Assembly (NCBI GenBank): GCA_047602425.1
Contig: JASGHG010000001.1
Location: 1 to 64,000 of the forward strand
Source of the DNA: Nibricoccus sp.
GTDB taxonomy: Bacteria > Verrucomicrobiota > Verrucomicrobiia > Opitutales > Opitutaceae
Direction: 5' to 3'
DNA length: 64,000 nucleotides
Below the pieces are notes generated by a model. The model had not been told where the DNA came from and did no database searches. It was given only the letters and a program-made list of their open reading frames with translations. This document shows, one piece after another, positions 9,472-18,517 of the stretch; position 1 is the stretch's first letter; every line of letters starts with the position of its first letter. The position numbers and the translations under genes are program-made.

Positions 9472-10320
9472 TCACCACTGCTTCAGCCACGTCTCGATTT
9501 CAGCGCGACCTTTCGCCCATGAACCGTCGTGATCGGCGTCGACGATCACACGGTCCATTTTGCTCACCATGGCGGCGATCAGTTCGTCGGTGCGTTTCGC
9601 CGAGGTGACGTGATCGTTCTTCGCCTGCACAAGAAAAATTGGGCAATAAACACGCGCCACTTTCGCCCGACTATCGAACGCCGCGCGTCGGGCAATCACG
9701 GGTACGCCCCAGCGCAGATACCACGGAAGATTATCCTTTCCCACCGATCGTATATTCGGAAAAGGCACGACGAGGAGCAGCGCGGTCGCCTCTTCGCGAC
9801 ACGCCAGATCCACCGCGACGCCACAACCCACCGACATCCCCGCAATCACCAGTCGGCGCCGATCGACGTCCGCACGCTGCAGCAAATAGGCATACGCGGC
9901 ATCGGCTGCGGCGTAGCACCCCTCTTCGCTCGCCCGACCTCCACTCATGCCGTAGCCCGGATAATCGGGAATCAACACGTTCACACCCATGCGGCGAAGG
10001 TCACGGAAAATATCCTGCGACTGCGCAATGCTCATGCGGTTGCCATAAAAGAAAATCACCGTCGGCGGCTTCTGCTCTGTCGGCAGCGTCCGTCCATTCC
10101 GGTCCAGTGCTTTTCCAAATTGCGCCACGATTTTCGTTCGCCCCTTGGTCGTCAGGGAAATCAGTTCATAATCCTCGCTCGCCTTCACCACGTTGTCCGG
10201 CTCCTTCAAAAACGAACCAGGCAATACCATTTTCCGCGCCAGCGAGGTGCAGCCGCTCATCGACAACATCACGACGATGCTTGCGAGGAAAAATAGCCCG
10301 CTCATCCTTCTTCCCTTCAT
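9472..10320 (-). CDS. Alpha/beta hydrolase (ABHD13/YfhR-like), possible lipoprotein
   Basis: FFYGN, DYPGYGMSGG, nucleophile elbow GMSVG, KNDHVT, ADH. Confidence 0.85.
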   Translation of the reverse strand: MKGRRMSGLFFLASIVVMLSMSGCTSLARKMVLPGSFLKEPDNVVKASEDYELISLTTKGRTKIVAQFGKALDRNGRTLPTEQKPPTVIFFYGNRMSIAQSQDIFRDLRRMGVNVLIPDYPGYGMSGGRASEEGCYAAADAAYAYLLQRADVDRRRLVIAGMSVGCGVAVDLACREEATALLLVVPFPNIRSVGKDNLPWYLRWGVPVIARRAAFDSRAKVARVYCPIFLVQAKNDHVTSAKRTDELIAAMVSKMDRVIVDADHDGSWAKGRAEIETWLKQW

Positions 10321-11954
10321 TTTCTCACTCCTTTTTGGTGCAGCCCATTTTGGTGCAAAATCAATGCTTCCACTTTGCCGTCGGTCCCGCGCACAAACTC
10401 GATCTGCGCCTCGACCACCCTGAGGAAAAACTTTGTCTCTGACTCCGGAAAGATCGGCGCCTTCGGCTGTCTCGTCGCTTGCTCCATCAACTGTTCGCCT
10501 TCCAACGTTATCGCTATTTCAAAGTTCGGGCTCAGTACATACGTGCCGACGTATTCCTTCAACCTTTCCACAGGTACAGTCACCACCTTCGGCTCCGGCG
10601 ACATTTCGACTTTATCGCTGACACGCTGCACCGGAGTCTCCCGCCCGTTTTGGTACATGACCAAATGCGTGACTTCGCCTTTATCGTTTTTCACGAATTC
10701 CAACTGCGCGTCCACGGCCTTCAGGAAAAACTTTGTCTCCGTCTCGGCAAACAACTGCAGCGCTTTCTGCCCTGTCAACTGCGTGGTCAGGCGGTCGCCT
10801 TCCAGTCGGATGTAATTCTTGACCCGATGCGTGATCTCGTAGGTGCCGACGTAGCGTTGCAACACCTCGACCGGCACTGCGATTTCCGTGCGGTCCTTGG
10901 CGGATTTACGAACAATGCCGAGCATCAACTCCGCCAGTTTGCTCGCGATTTTTTCGCCCGCACCGCTTTCCAGATTTCCCAGAACCGCGATCGTGAGCTT
11001 TTCTTCAGGATAATAACTCAGGTGCGTGCGAAACCCTTCGATCCCTCCATTGTGGGAAATCACTTTGTGCCCGTCCCGCGTCGATACCCCCACGCCGAGT
11101 GCATAACCACTTTTGAAAGGTGTCGTCATTTTTTGCAGCGATTCCGCCTTCAACAACTTCCCGCCAAACAAACCCAACTCCCAACGCAGCAAATCCTCCG
11201 TCGTCGAGTACAGCGCCCCAGCCGAATAGGGAACGCTCATGTGAATATAAGCCGCCTTCACCGGCCCACTTGCCTCCCGCGTATAACCAATGGCCCGGCG
11301 CTCTATGACCTCTGCGTCCGAATCATATCCCGAATCCTTCATGCCAAGCGGCGCAAAAATATTCTCCTGAACAAACTTCGCGTATGACACACCACTCACC
11401 TTCTCCAACAAATATCCCAGCAACACATAACCTGAATTGCTGTAGTTCCACTTCTCGCCAGGAGCGAATTCCAACGGCTTGTCGCGAAAGCGCGCCACCA
11501 ATTGCTCCGGAGTGGCCGGATATGCCTTGAACACCTGGTAATCCGGCGAATCCGTGAAACTCGGAATGCCCGAGGTATGCGTGAGCAGGTGAAAGATCGT
11601 GATCTTGTCCCAAGCGGCTGGTGTGTCAGGCAGATATTTTCTAATCGGATCGTCGATCTTCAGTTTCCCCTGATCTTCCAACAATAGGATCGCCGCGCCC
11701 GTGAACTGCTTCGTCACCGACGCCAGACGGAATTTGGTTTGGGGTTCGTTCGAAATCTGTTTCTCCACATCCGCCCAACCATAGCCCTTGTTGAGGAGAA
11801 GCTCATTTCCGCGCGCGACGAGAACCGACCCCATGAATTTTCCGTCCTTCGCCAAGTCCTGCACCGCCTCATCCAATTTCGCCGTCTGCTGGCCGAAGCC
11901 CAGGACCGGAACCATCAGCAGTACCACCAATAAGATTCGCGAAAGCATGTGCAT
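10317..11954 (-). CDS. Serine hydrolase, beta-lactamase/AmpC family, with two C-terminal DUF3471-like repeats
   Basis: SVTK (SxxK), LLTHTSG, YSN, HNGG; duplicated YVGTY...ETKFF...AQ.EFV domain. Confidence 0.9.
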   Translation of the reverse strand: MHMLSRILLVVLLMVPVLGFGQQTAKLDEAVQDLAKDGKFMGSVLVARGNELLLNKGYGWADVEKQISNEPQTKFRLASVTKQFTGAAILLLEDQGKLKIDDPIRKYLPDTPAAWDKITIFHLLTHTSGIPSFTDSPDYQVFKAYPATPEQLVARFRDKPLEFAPGEKWNYSNSGYVLLGYLLEKVSGVSYAKFVQENIFAPLGMKDSGYDSDAEVIERRAIGYTREASGPVKAAYIHMSVPYSAGALYSTTEDLLRWELGLFGGKLLKAESLQKMTTPFKSGYALGVGVSTRDGHKVISHNGGIEGFRTHLSYYPEEKLTIAVLGNLESGAGEKIASKLAELMLGIVRKSAKDRTEIAVPVEVLQRYVGTYEITHRVKNYIRLEGDRLTTQLTGQKALQLFAETETKFFLKAVDAQLEFVKNDKGEVTHLVMYQNGRETPVQRVSDKVEMSPEPKVVTVPVERLKEYVGTYVLSPNFEIAITLEGEQLMEQATRQPKAPIFPESETKFFLRVVEAQIEFVRGTDGKVEALILHQNGLHQKGVRK

Positions 11955-12234
11955 TTTGGATCAGGTTTCGCGCTCGCGGACAATCCTCCACTCGCCAAAA
12001 GAGAAGTAGGTCTATACCTCCCCAGGTGGACGCTCTTACAATAACCAAGGCGGAGCACAATGTCCCCGCCACTCGTTTTGAGACAACGTCACGACACCCT
12101 TACCGCCGTCAACGAGCAAGCGTATCGAAAACGCTGCATCCTTGCCCCGCCATCTTGGTGTTTCCGGATGGTCGTTTGATTTTGCTGCAAACCTAACCTA
12201 AAATCCGGGCGCCAAACTCGGCATTATATACAAA

Positions 12235-12603
12235 ATGGAGTCATTCATGAAATCGTTCCGGATAGTCCCTGTTTTCTATGTAGCGAATGTTGATGTAGCG
12301 GTGCGGTATTATGTCGAGCGTTTGGGGTTCAACCTTTCCTTCAAATATGGCACTTATGCCGGGCTTGTGATGGGCGCCTGCGAATTGCATGTGACCGATC
12401 CAGGTGAACCCCGACAAATTGTAGGCGCTGGCACCGCGTATTTGCTCTGCGATGAAGTGGACGCGTACTACGAGAAAATCAAAGCGGCAGGTGCGACACT
12501 GAAGTGCGAGCCCGCCGACCGCACTTATGGAATGCGTGACTTCGCCGCTTTCGATTTGGACGGAAACCAGATCTCGTTCGGATGCGAGATGGATGAAACG
12601 TGA
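12235..12603 (+). CDS. VOC/glyoxalase (bleomycin-resistance-like) protein
   Basis: PVFYVANVDVAVRYYVERLGF ... PADRTYGMRDFAAFDLDGNQISFG. Confidence 0.88.
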   Translation: MESFMKSFRIVPVFYVANVDVAVRYYVERLGFNLSFKYGTYAGLVMGACELHVTDPGEPRQIVGAGTAYLLCDEVDAYYEKIKAAGATLKCEPADRTYGMRDFAAFDLDGNQISFGCEMDET

Positions 12604-12893
12604 GCGATCGCGGCGCTTAACGTCATACGACAAAACTCTGCGTTTGTTCAGCCAATGCGGGGCGGTCGGCGAGCGTTCCTGACCTGCATTTTATTTGGCG
12701 AGGTTGTGTTCCATGTTTTGCTCGTTGAGAGAGGATAGATTTCAAGATCGCGCCATCTCATGAAGTTCGACGTATTTGCAACTTCCGACTCGTTTTTGCC
12801 GATAAACACCTTGCGCCTGCCCTCTAAATCCCTAGAACCAAAGCCATCCCTAAAAACGAAGTTACTGATATATAATGTCGGTATAATAACACT

Positions 12894-13238
12894 ATGAACG
12901 AGAATCTTGTTTATGTCGGAGCTGGTGGCGCGGTCAGCGCTATTGACAAGTCGACTGGAGGCACGGTCTGGAAATTTAAATTTCCATCAAAAGGTTTGGG
13001 TGCTGATGGCTTTGTGAATCTACTCGTGGAAGCGGATGTACTTTACGCACACACTCGTGGTGAACTTCATTGCATCAAGGCTGCAACAGGCGAGTTGTTA
13101 TGGACGAATCCGCTATCAGGAATGGGATATGGCATTGGCAGCATCGCCGTCCACGAAAAGTCTACTGCGGTGGTTCTGAAAGCCCAACAAAACGCGACCG
13201 GCGCCGTTCAAATCAGTTCTACGACCCCAATATCGTAA
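12894..13238 (+). CDS. Small PQQ-like beta-propeller repeat protein
   Basis: Two blades: VSAIDKSTGGTVW and LHCIKAATGELLW. Confidence 0.8.
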   Translation: MNENLVYVGAGGAVSAIDKSTGGTVWKFKFPSKGLGADGFVNLLVEADVLYAHTRGELHCIKAATGELLWTNPLSGMGYGIGSIAVHEKSTAVVLKAQQNATGAVQISSTTPIS

Positions 13239-13331
13239 CATCGTGAAGCATCAGCCATCCTGCGCATATCTCCAATCCTCCTCCTATAAAGTTCAATCCA
13301 GTTGATGTGAACGATACCGTTCGGTATAAAT

Positions 13332-13721
13332 ATGAACCGGGTCTTTGTACTATTTCTTCTGATCTTGGCTAGCTGCACCACGCCCAAAATCACTCATTTT
13401 GACGATTCTCGGTCACAGATTCCCGATCGTGAACCCGCGGAAGCCCGTGTAATCGCTCAAGGGCAAAAGCTCATAGTCGAATCTTCCAATCAACGAAGCT
13501 TTTGGTTAGTGGGCGCGACTGTGGAAATCATTGATGGGGCGGTGTATTTAGATCCGATCAATATTAGTTCTGTTGCGCCATCTGTCATTACGATAGATCT
13601 TTCAAAATACCTTCTCCCCAACAACTGGAAGAATCACCTATATTGGGTTCAAAATATTCAGGCTTCTCCTATATTTCCGAAAGAAAGAACGATCTATCGC
13701 AAGAAAATCGTAGTCGAGTAA
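13332..13721 (+). CDS. Hypothetical lipoprotein
   Basis: Lipobox LASC after a hydrophobic stretch; AT-rich codon use. Confidence 0.7.
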   Translation: MNRVFVLFLLILASCTTPKITHFDDSRSQIPDREPAEARVIAQGQKLIVESSNQRSFWLVGATVEIIDGAVYLDPINISSVAPSVITIDLSKYLLPNNWKNHLYWVQNIQASPIFPKERTIYRKKIVVE

Positions 13722-13861
13722 AAGAGTCGAACCAACCGCTGCAGTATTCCTTGGGCTGCTACGATATTCCTGCGCCAGGCAATACAACTACCCCACCTTA
13801 TTTTGATTATTGATTTAGCTGCGTCAATCAGCGCGCAGTTCACTTTTGACGCTTTCAATTC

Positions 13862-14110
13862 ATGATGATCGCACGAATAATAATGGATGATCGAGTTTCG
13901 CCGTGGTCTTCAATTTTATCGGCGGATACCATAATTTACGCAGCATTGGCGTGCACAATTATTACCAGCCTTTGGTTTACCGCTCTGATGTACTTGAGAA
14001 GGAAATATCCGAAAAAGGATGTACCAACTAATTTCAGATATTTCCTTTCCGCGACCATCGGCCTGCTAGTACTTGCCATCCCCATAGTTTGCGTACGAAT
14101 ACTAACCTAG
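13862..14110 (+). CDS. Hypothetical two-TM membrane protein
   Basis: Two hydrophobic segments separated by a basic loop. Confidence 0.55.
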   Translation: MMIARIIMDDRVSPWSSILSADTIIYAALACTIITSLWFTALMYLRRKYPKKDVPTNFRYFLSATIGLLVLAIPIVCVRILT

Positions 14111-14257
14111 TTGTATACTTGCGTGACAAAACAGAATTAGAGCCGGACCCGTAGCGCAACGTCTGCGATCATCCCTTTCCCTTCATCTCAACTCACCAGT
14201 ACGCATTGCTGGCCTGCGACGCCTCGCCAAAGTCAAAAATAAAGCGTCTCCAATTTT

Positions 14258-14503
14258 ATGTTACCACTACTCATCATTGGATTGGTGCTATTCGTTGTCG
14301 GTGGTTTTGTGTTTCTGGTCGCCGCTTTTCGAGAAAGCGTGCTCTGGGGTTTAGCATGCTTGTTTGTACCTGTCGTGCAGTTGTTCTTTCTAGTAATCCA
14401 CTGGCATGAAGCCAAGAAAGGATTCATGCTCCAGCTAATCGGCTTAGGAATAATGGTCCTCGTCGCGATTATCGAATCAAGTACTGTTCACGCGCGCCGT
14501 TAA
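14258..14503 (+). CDS. Small hypothetical membrane protein
   Basis: AAFRESVLWGLACLFVPVVQLFFLVIHWHEAKKGF; hydrophobic throughout. Confidence 0.75.
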   Translation: MLPLLIIGLVLFVVGGFVFLVAAFRESVLWGLACLFVPVVQLFFLVIHWHEAKKGFMLQLIGLGIMVLVAIIESSTVHARR

Positions 14504-14562
14504 TATTGTGCCAAAAACTTCCAGACAGGTAGCCAAGATCAAACATCGGGCAAAATTGAATC

Positions 14563-15015
14563 ATGCTATCGGTTAAGATGAGGACAGCGGTTGTATCGGA
14601 AAGAAAGTCCCTCGAAGGGCTGCAGTGACGGGCGTCGCTCAAGAATCCAGGCGATCGTGAGGCGCTTCTGGCGAATCGTGATGCGATTGAGCTGCCCGCG
14701 GGGCAAATCGAAGGCGGTGGAGTCTTCGTGGCTGAAGTCGCCGGAGAAGTCGTGGGTTTTGCGGCGATTCTCCCGCGCGAGGACGGCGATGCCGAGTTGG
14801 ATGCGCTTTTCGTCGAGCCAGACAGATGGCTACGCGGCATTGGGCGTGCATTGGTTGAGCATGGTTGCGCCGCAGCCAAGAAAGCGGGAGCCAAAGCACT
14901 GCACGTCGTCGGCAATCCCCACGCCGAGGTGTTTTATCTTTCGTGCGGGTTCGAGAAGCTTGACACGACGGCTACGCGTTTCGGCTCTGGCTTGCTGATG
15001 AAACGGAATGTGTAG
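14563..15015 (+). pseudogene. GNAT N-acetyltransferase interrupted by an in-frame TGA at 14626-14628
   Basis: ATG 14563 reads MLSVKMRTAVVSERKSLEGLQ*RASLKNPGDREALL... in frame with LDALFVEPDRWLRGIGRAL and NPHAEVFYLSCGF. Confidence 0.75.
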
Positions 15016-15072
15016 CAGGAGCGAACGGAAGTGTGCAGATTCCGCCGTCGAAGAAGACCGAATTAATCCTCG

Positions 15073-15220
15073 TTTACCACTGAGAATCACTGATGGAAGC
15101 TAATAGAAAATATCAGTGTGCATCAGTGTTTATAAGTGGTTCAAAAGTCTCTCGGGTTCCGACCGCTTTTTGAATACAGATTTCCCTTAGCGTCCATTAG
15201 CGTAAATTAGCGGTTCAAAA
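15073..15220. repeat. 10-nt-period imperfect palindromic element plus a second half element
   Basis: Left arm TTACCACTGAGAATCACTGAT, right arm ATCAGTGTGC-ATCAGTGTTT-ATAAGTGGTTCAAAA; then TTAGCGTCCA-TTAGCGTAAA-TTAGCGGTTCAAAA. Confidence 0.7.
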
Positions 15221-15280
15221 GAGTTTGAATTTCGGAACGTTCGCAAGCGAACGACTCTACGTCGCACCGTCGGTGCGACA

Positions 15281-16174
15281 CTAGCGGCGGAAGTTGAGGG
15301 CGAGCGCAGCTTCGAGGGCATCGACACGTACGTTATTTTTGGAGGGACGCGACATACCTTGGCCCAGAGCGAATGGGCTGGTGGGTATGCCAATTCTGTA
15401 GGGAGCGTAGGCGAGAGAAAAACTGAGGGCGCCGTGTCTGAAAATCTCGTAGTCCGCACCGATACTAACAATGCCACTCCAATCCGTGCGGCTTTGCGCG
15501 GGATGACTATCGGAAACCAGACGATTTGGTACGCCCGAGAACCAAGCGTAATAGGTCGACTCGATGTGCGCCTTTGTCTTGTTGCACATGACGCCAGCCC
15601 CAAAGCGGAACCGCATCCTATCGCCAGCTTCGATACTATAGGTGGGCATCAGGCTAATACGTGTCGTTTGGTAGAGCATGACATGCCGTTTATAATCCGG
15701 GAGCGGCAAGATGGAGACGATATTGGGATACTTGGGAAACGCGATTTGCACTTCGGCCGTGCCATAGCGGGTGAAGCCCAGGGCAAGATCCCAGTTTTCG
15801 TCGAATTGATAACAAAGCTCCAAGCGACCGAAGGGCACGCCATCGGTGTTTTTTGTTGTCGATAGCACTTCGTTGTAAGGGGTGGTGAAGGAAAAGTCAC
15901 TCGTGGTCATCCGCGCGTATCCGCCGCCTATGTTCAAATACAAACCGGTATAGGAAAAGAATAGGCCCGTGGCGGTATTGATCGCAAATGAGGTGAGATC
16001 GCGCTCTGATTGGCGGTCGGCCAGCTGGAGGGTTTCCGTTGAACCGATCATGTTTCGGGGGTTGGCGACACGAGGTTGGAGAACGCGCGCGGTCGTTTCA
16101 GAAGCGGCTGTGCCTTCGGCGAACATCGGCGCAGCGAACAGGGTAAATGCTACCAATAAGGAGAGTGCTTTCAT
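15281..16174 (-). CDS. Outer-membrane beta-barrel protein (OmpA-TM/OmpW-like)
   Basis: Signal peptide, GLYLNIGGGYA, alternating amphipathic strands, SIGADYEI, C-terminal LALNF. Confidence 0.7.
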   Translation of the reverse strand: MKALSLLVAFTLFAAPMFAEGTAASETTARVLQPRVANPRNMIGSTETLQLADRQSERDLTSFAINTATGLFFSYTGLYLNIGGGYARMTTSDFSFTTPYNEVLSTTKNTDGVPFGRLELCYQFDENWDLALGFTRYGTAEVQIAFPKYPNIVSILPLPDYKRHVMLYQTTRISLMPTYSIEAGDRMRFRFGAGVMCNKTKAHIESTYYAWFSGVPNRLVSDSHPAQSRTDWSGIVSIGADYEIFRHGALSFSLAYAPYRIGIPTSPFALGQGMSRPSKNNVRVDALEAALALNFRR

Positions 16175-16456
16175 GGTGTAGGATGCCTCCGTTGTGAGGT
16201 TAGTAAACGGGAACGGTTGGTTATGACAAGAGCCTTCGTGGCTTGTTCAGAAAACGTTACAAGCCCGTGCAGGCGTGTCGGAGGTCGGGGTCAGCGCTCG
16301 GAAGTCGGCGGAGTCAACCGAGTGCGGTCGAGGCGGAGGCAAAACGCTTAGTCGTTTTGCGCTAACGCAGCCGGTGCCGTTTCTTCAACGAGGCCTGACA
16401 CCATCGCAGCGCGAGGGAACAAGGATTTTGTGCGAGGTTTGTCGATGGTGTTTGTT

Positions 16457-18409
16457 TCAGCGTTTTGCGCCCGCGGACTGCAAACGTTGTGCTTCGCGAA
16501 AATGATAGTCGGCATCCGATAGGCGGCCAATCTGCTTGAACATGTTCGCCAAACCAACATGCGCATCCAAACAGTCGGGATCGATTTCAAGGGCGGCGCG
16601 GCACTGGTCGATGGCTTCGTTAAAACGTCCGTTTCTCGCCAGCGCTCGACTGTAGGTGAGATGGTTGGGAATCGAGTCAGGGGCGAGTTGAATGGCTTTT
16701 TCGAAATGCGCTATGGCCTCGGGGAAACGGCCCAGTTGCATGAGTCCGATGGCCCAGTTGAGTTCGGACGACGCATGGGCAGGATCGAGTTGCAAGGCGC
16801 GTTGGAATTGGAGTAGCGCTTCCTGAGTTTTGCCAATTTGAGCCAAGGTCAGACCGAGGTTGAAATGGGCGGTCGGAAAGCGCGGATGGGAACGAGTCGC
16901 GTCATGGAAACACGCAATTGCGCGCTCACGGTCACCGAGCAAGACATACGCGAGTCCAAGATTATTGTGCGCCTGGGCATATTTGGGTTGAAGCGCGATG
17001 GCGCGCTCAAAATGCGGAATCGCCTCCCCCACCCGGCCCAGTTGGCGGAGCGCATAACCCAAATTATTTTCGGCCTCAGCAAACTCGGGGCGAAGCTGGA
17101 GCGCACGTTGAAAATACGGAATGGCTTTTTCCAACTCGCCTTTGTCAGTAAAGATTTGTCCGAGATTGTTGCGCGCGAGCCAGCAGTCGGGATTCTTTGC
17201 GAGCGTGTCCTCGTACAGAGCGGTATTGCTCAGATAAATCTTCCCCTGCTGAAACGCGAGGAGGCCAAGGGCCAGCGGAAGTGCAAACGTTACGACGAGC
17301 GTGGCGCGGCGCGGGAGGCGTTGCATCAACATAGTCAATCCCGCCGCAGCCGCGGCTACGATCCCCAGGCTGGCGTGGTACTGGAAGTGATCGGCCACAT
17401 ACGAGAAAACGAAAGGGTAAACGTTAAAGAAACCCAACGCGGGGAAAAGCGTGCCAACGAACAACAACCAAGGGACAAGCAACACGCGTAGAGATTTTCG
17501 CCATACCAGCACGGCGGTACAAGCCACGCAGGCGAAAGGGAAAAGCCATTGCCAGAACTGCGAACTGTCGAGCGTCCAGCGAGGATAAAAGAAAGCCAGG
17601 TTCGCCGGCCAAAATAGTTTGCCCAGATAGAACCAAATGATGCGCCCAGGGAGCAAAATATGTTCGGCAAAAGTGAGGTCGAAATGCGTGCCCCTCGCTC
17701 CGATCAAAGTGCGTTCGTTCCAGATCGTCATGATACCTGCGCCAAACCCAAGCGCGACCCAAAGCAGCAGCGGTAGAACGTCGCGTCTGAAAATAAGCCC
17801 GCGTTTCTTCCAAGTTAGAATGACGACCAGCGCGGCGGGAAGTGTGACCGTCACGGTTTTTGACAAAAGCGCGGCGACAAAAAAACCTGTTGCCAAAAGG
17901 TACGCGGCCGGCCGGCGGTTTTCGTCAAAGCGAAGGTAAGCGAGAGCGGCCGATAGATAGAAAACGAGGGAGAGCGTATTTTTTTGTTCAGCAATCCACG
18001 CGACGGACTCGACGCACACGGGGTGCAACGCAAAGATAAAAGCCGCAAGCCAGGCGCCGGGAACCGCGAGTCGTCGCAACAGGGCTGCGAACAGACAGGC
18101 CGAGGTGGCGTGAAGCAAAACATTGAGCAAACGATAATCGAACGCGTGGTCGCCCCAAAGTTTGTATTCGAGCCAGAATGCGGAATGAAGCAGTGGATAG
18201 TATTGTTGCGTGGCCGCTGGTTCGGTCCAGATCTTGACCAAACCGTCGAAAGAACGGAGGTGCGGTTGCGTGACGTGGCCATCGTCGTCCCAAAGAAAGC
18301 CGCCGAAGAGCGAAGGCCAATAGACCAGCAACGTCGCGGCAAACAGAGCAACCACGAGCCAGCGGTCGCGGCGTTGCGGGGGCATAACGGGTTCGACGAT
18401 TCGCTTCAT
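16457..18409 (-). CDS. Multi-pass membrane protein with C-terminal TPR repeats (TMTC/GT-C-like)
   Basis: FLWDDD, YYPL, HPVCVESVAWIAEQKN, VADHFQY; about 7 TPRs (ARNNLG, AENNLG, AHNNLG, AHFNLG). Confidence 0.85.
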   Translation of the reverse strand: MKRIVEPVMPPQRRDRWLVVALFAATLLVYWPSLFGGFLWDDDGHVTQPHLRSFDGLVKIWTEPAATQQYYPLLHSAFWLEYKLWGDHAFDYRLLNVLLHATSACLFAALLRRLAVPGAWLAAFIFALHPVCVESVAWIAEQKNTLSLVFYLSAALAYLRFDENRRPAAYLLATGFFVAALLSKTVTVTLPAALVVILTWKKRGLIFRRDVLPLLLWVALGFGAGIMTIWNERTLIGARGTHFDLTFAEHILLPGRIIWFYLGKLFWPANLAFFYPRWTLDSSQFWQWLFPFACVACTAVLVWRKSLRVLLVPWLLFVGTLFPALGFFNVYPFVFSYVADHFQYHASLGIVAAAAAGLTMLMQRLPRRATLVVTFALPLALGLLAFQQGKIYLSNTALYEDTLAKNPDCWLARNNLGQIFTDKGELEKAIPYFQRALQLRPEFAEAENNLGYALRQLGRVGEAIPHFERAIALQPKYAQAHNNLGLAYVLLGDRERAIACFHDATRSHPRFPTAHFNLGLTLAQIGKTQEALLQFQRALQLDPAHASSELNWAIGLMQLGRFPEAIAHFEKAIQLAPDSIPNHLTYSRALARNGRFNEAIDQCRAALEIDPDCLDAHVGLANMFKQIGRLSDADYHFREAQRLQSAGAKR

Positions 18410-18455
18410 GGCGATGGTTGGTGGTAGCCTGTTGGGACGCCTTGGTTCGACAAAT

Positions 18456-18487
18456 AAAAACGCTGGCCGTGGAGTACGGCCAGCGTT
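18456..18487 (-). terminator. Hairpin/terminator after the TBDR gene
   Basis: AAAAACGCTGGCCGT-GGAGT-ACGGCCAGCGTT. Confidence 0.7.
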
Positions 18488-18517
18488 GCGAAGATCAGAT
18501 CGTTTTGGACGGCGTGG

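Noticed and set aside
12798..12805. GCCGATAA sigma28 -10-like element
   Set aside because: No TAAA-like -35 at the right spacing and no motility gene downstream
14626..14628. Selenocysteine or alternative genetic code at the GNAT TGA
   Set aside because: Not a redox Cys context, no convincing SECIS recognised, and TGA is a normal stop for core genes here
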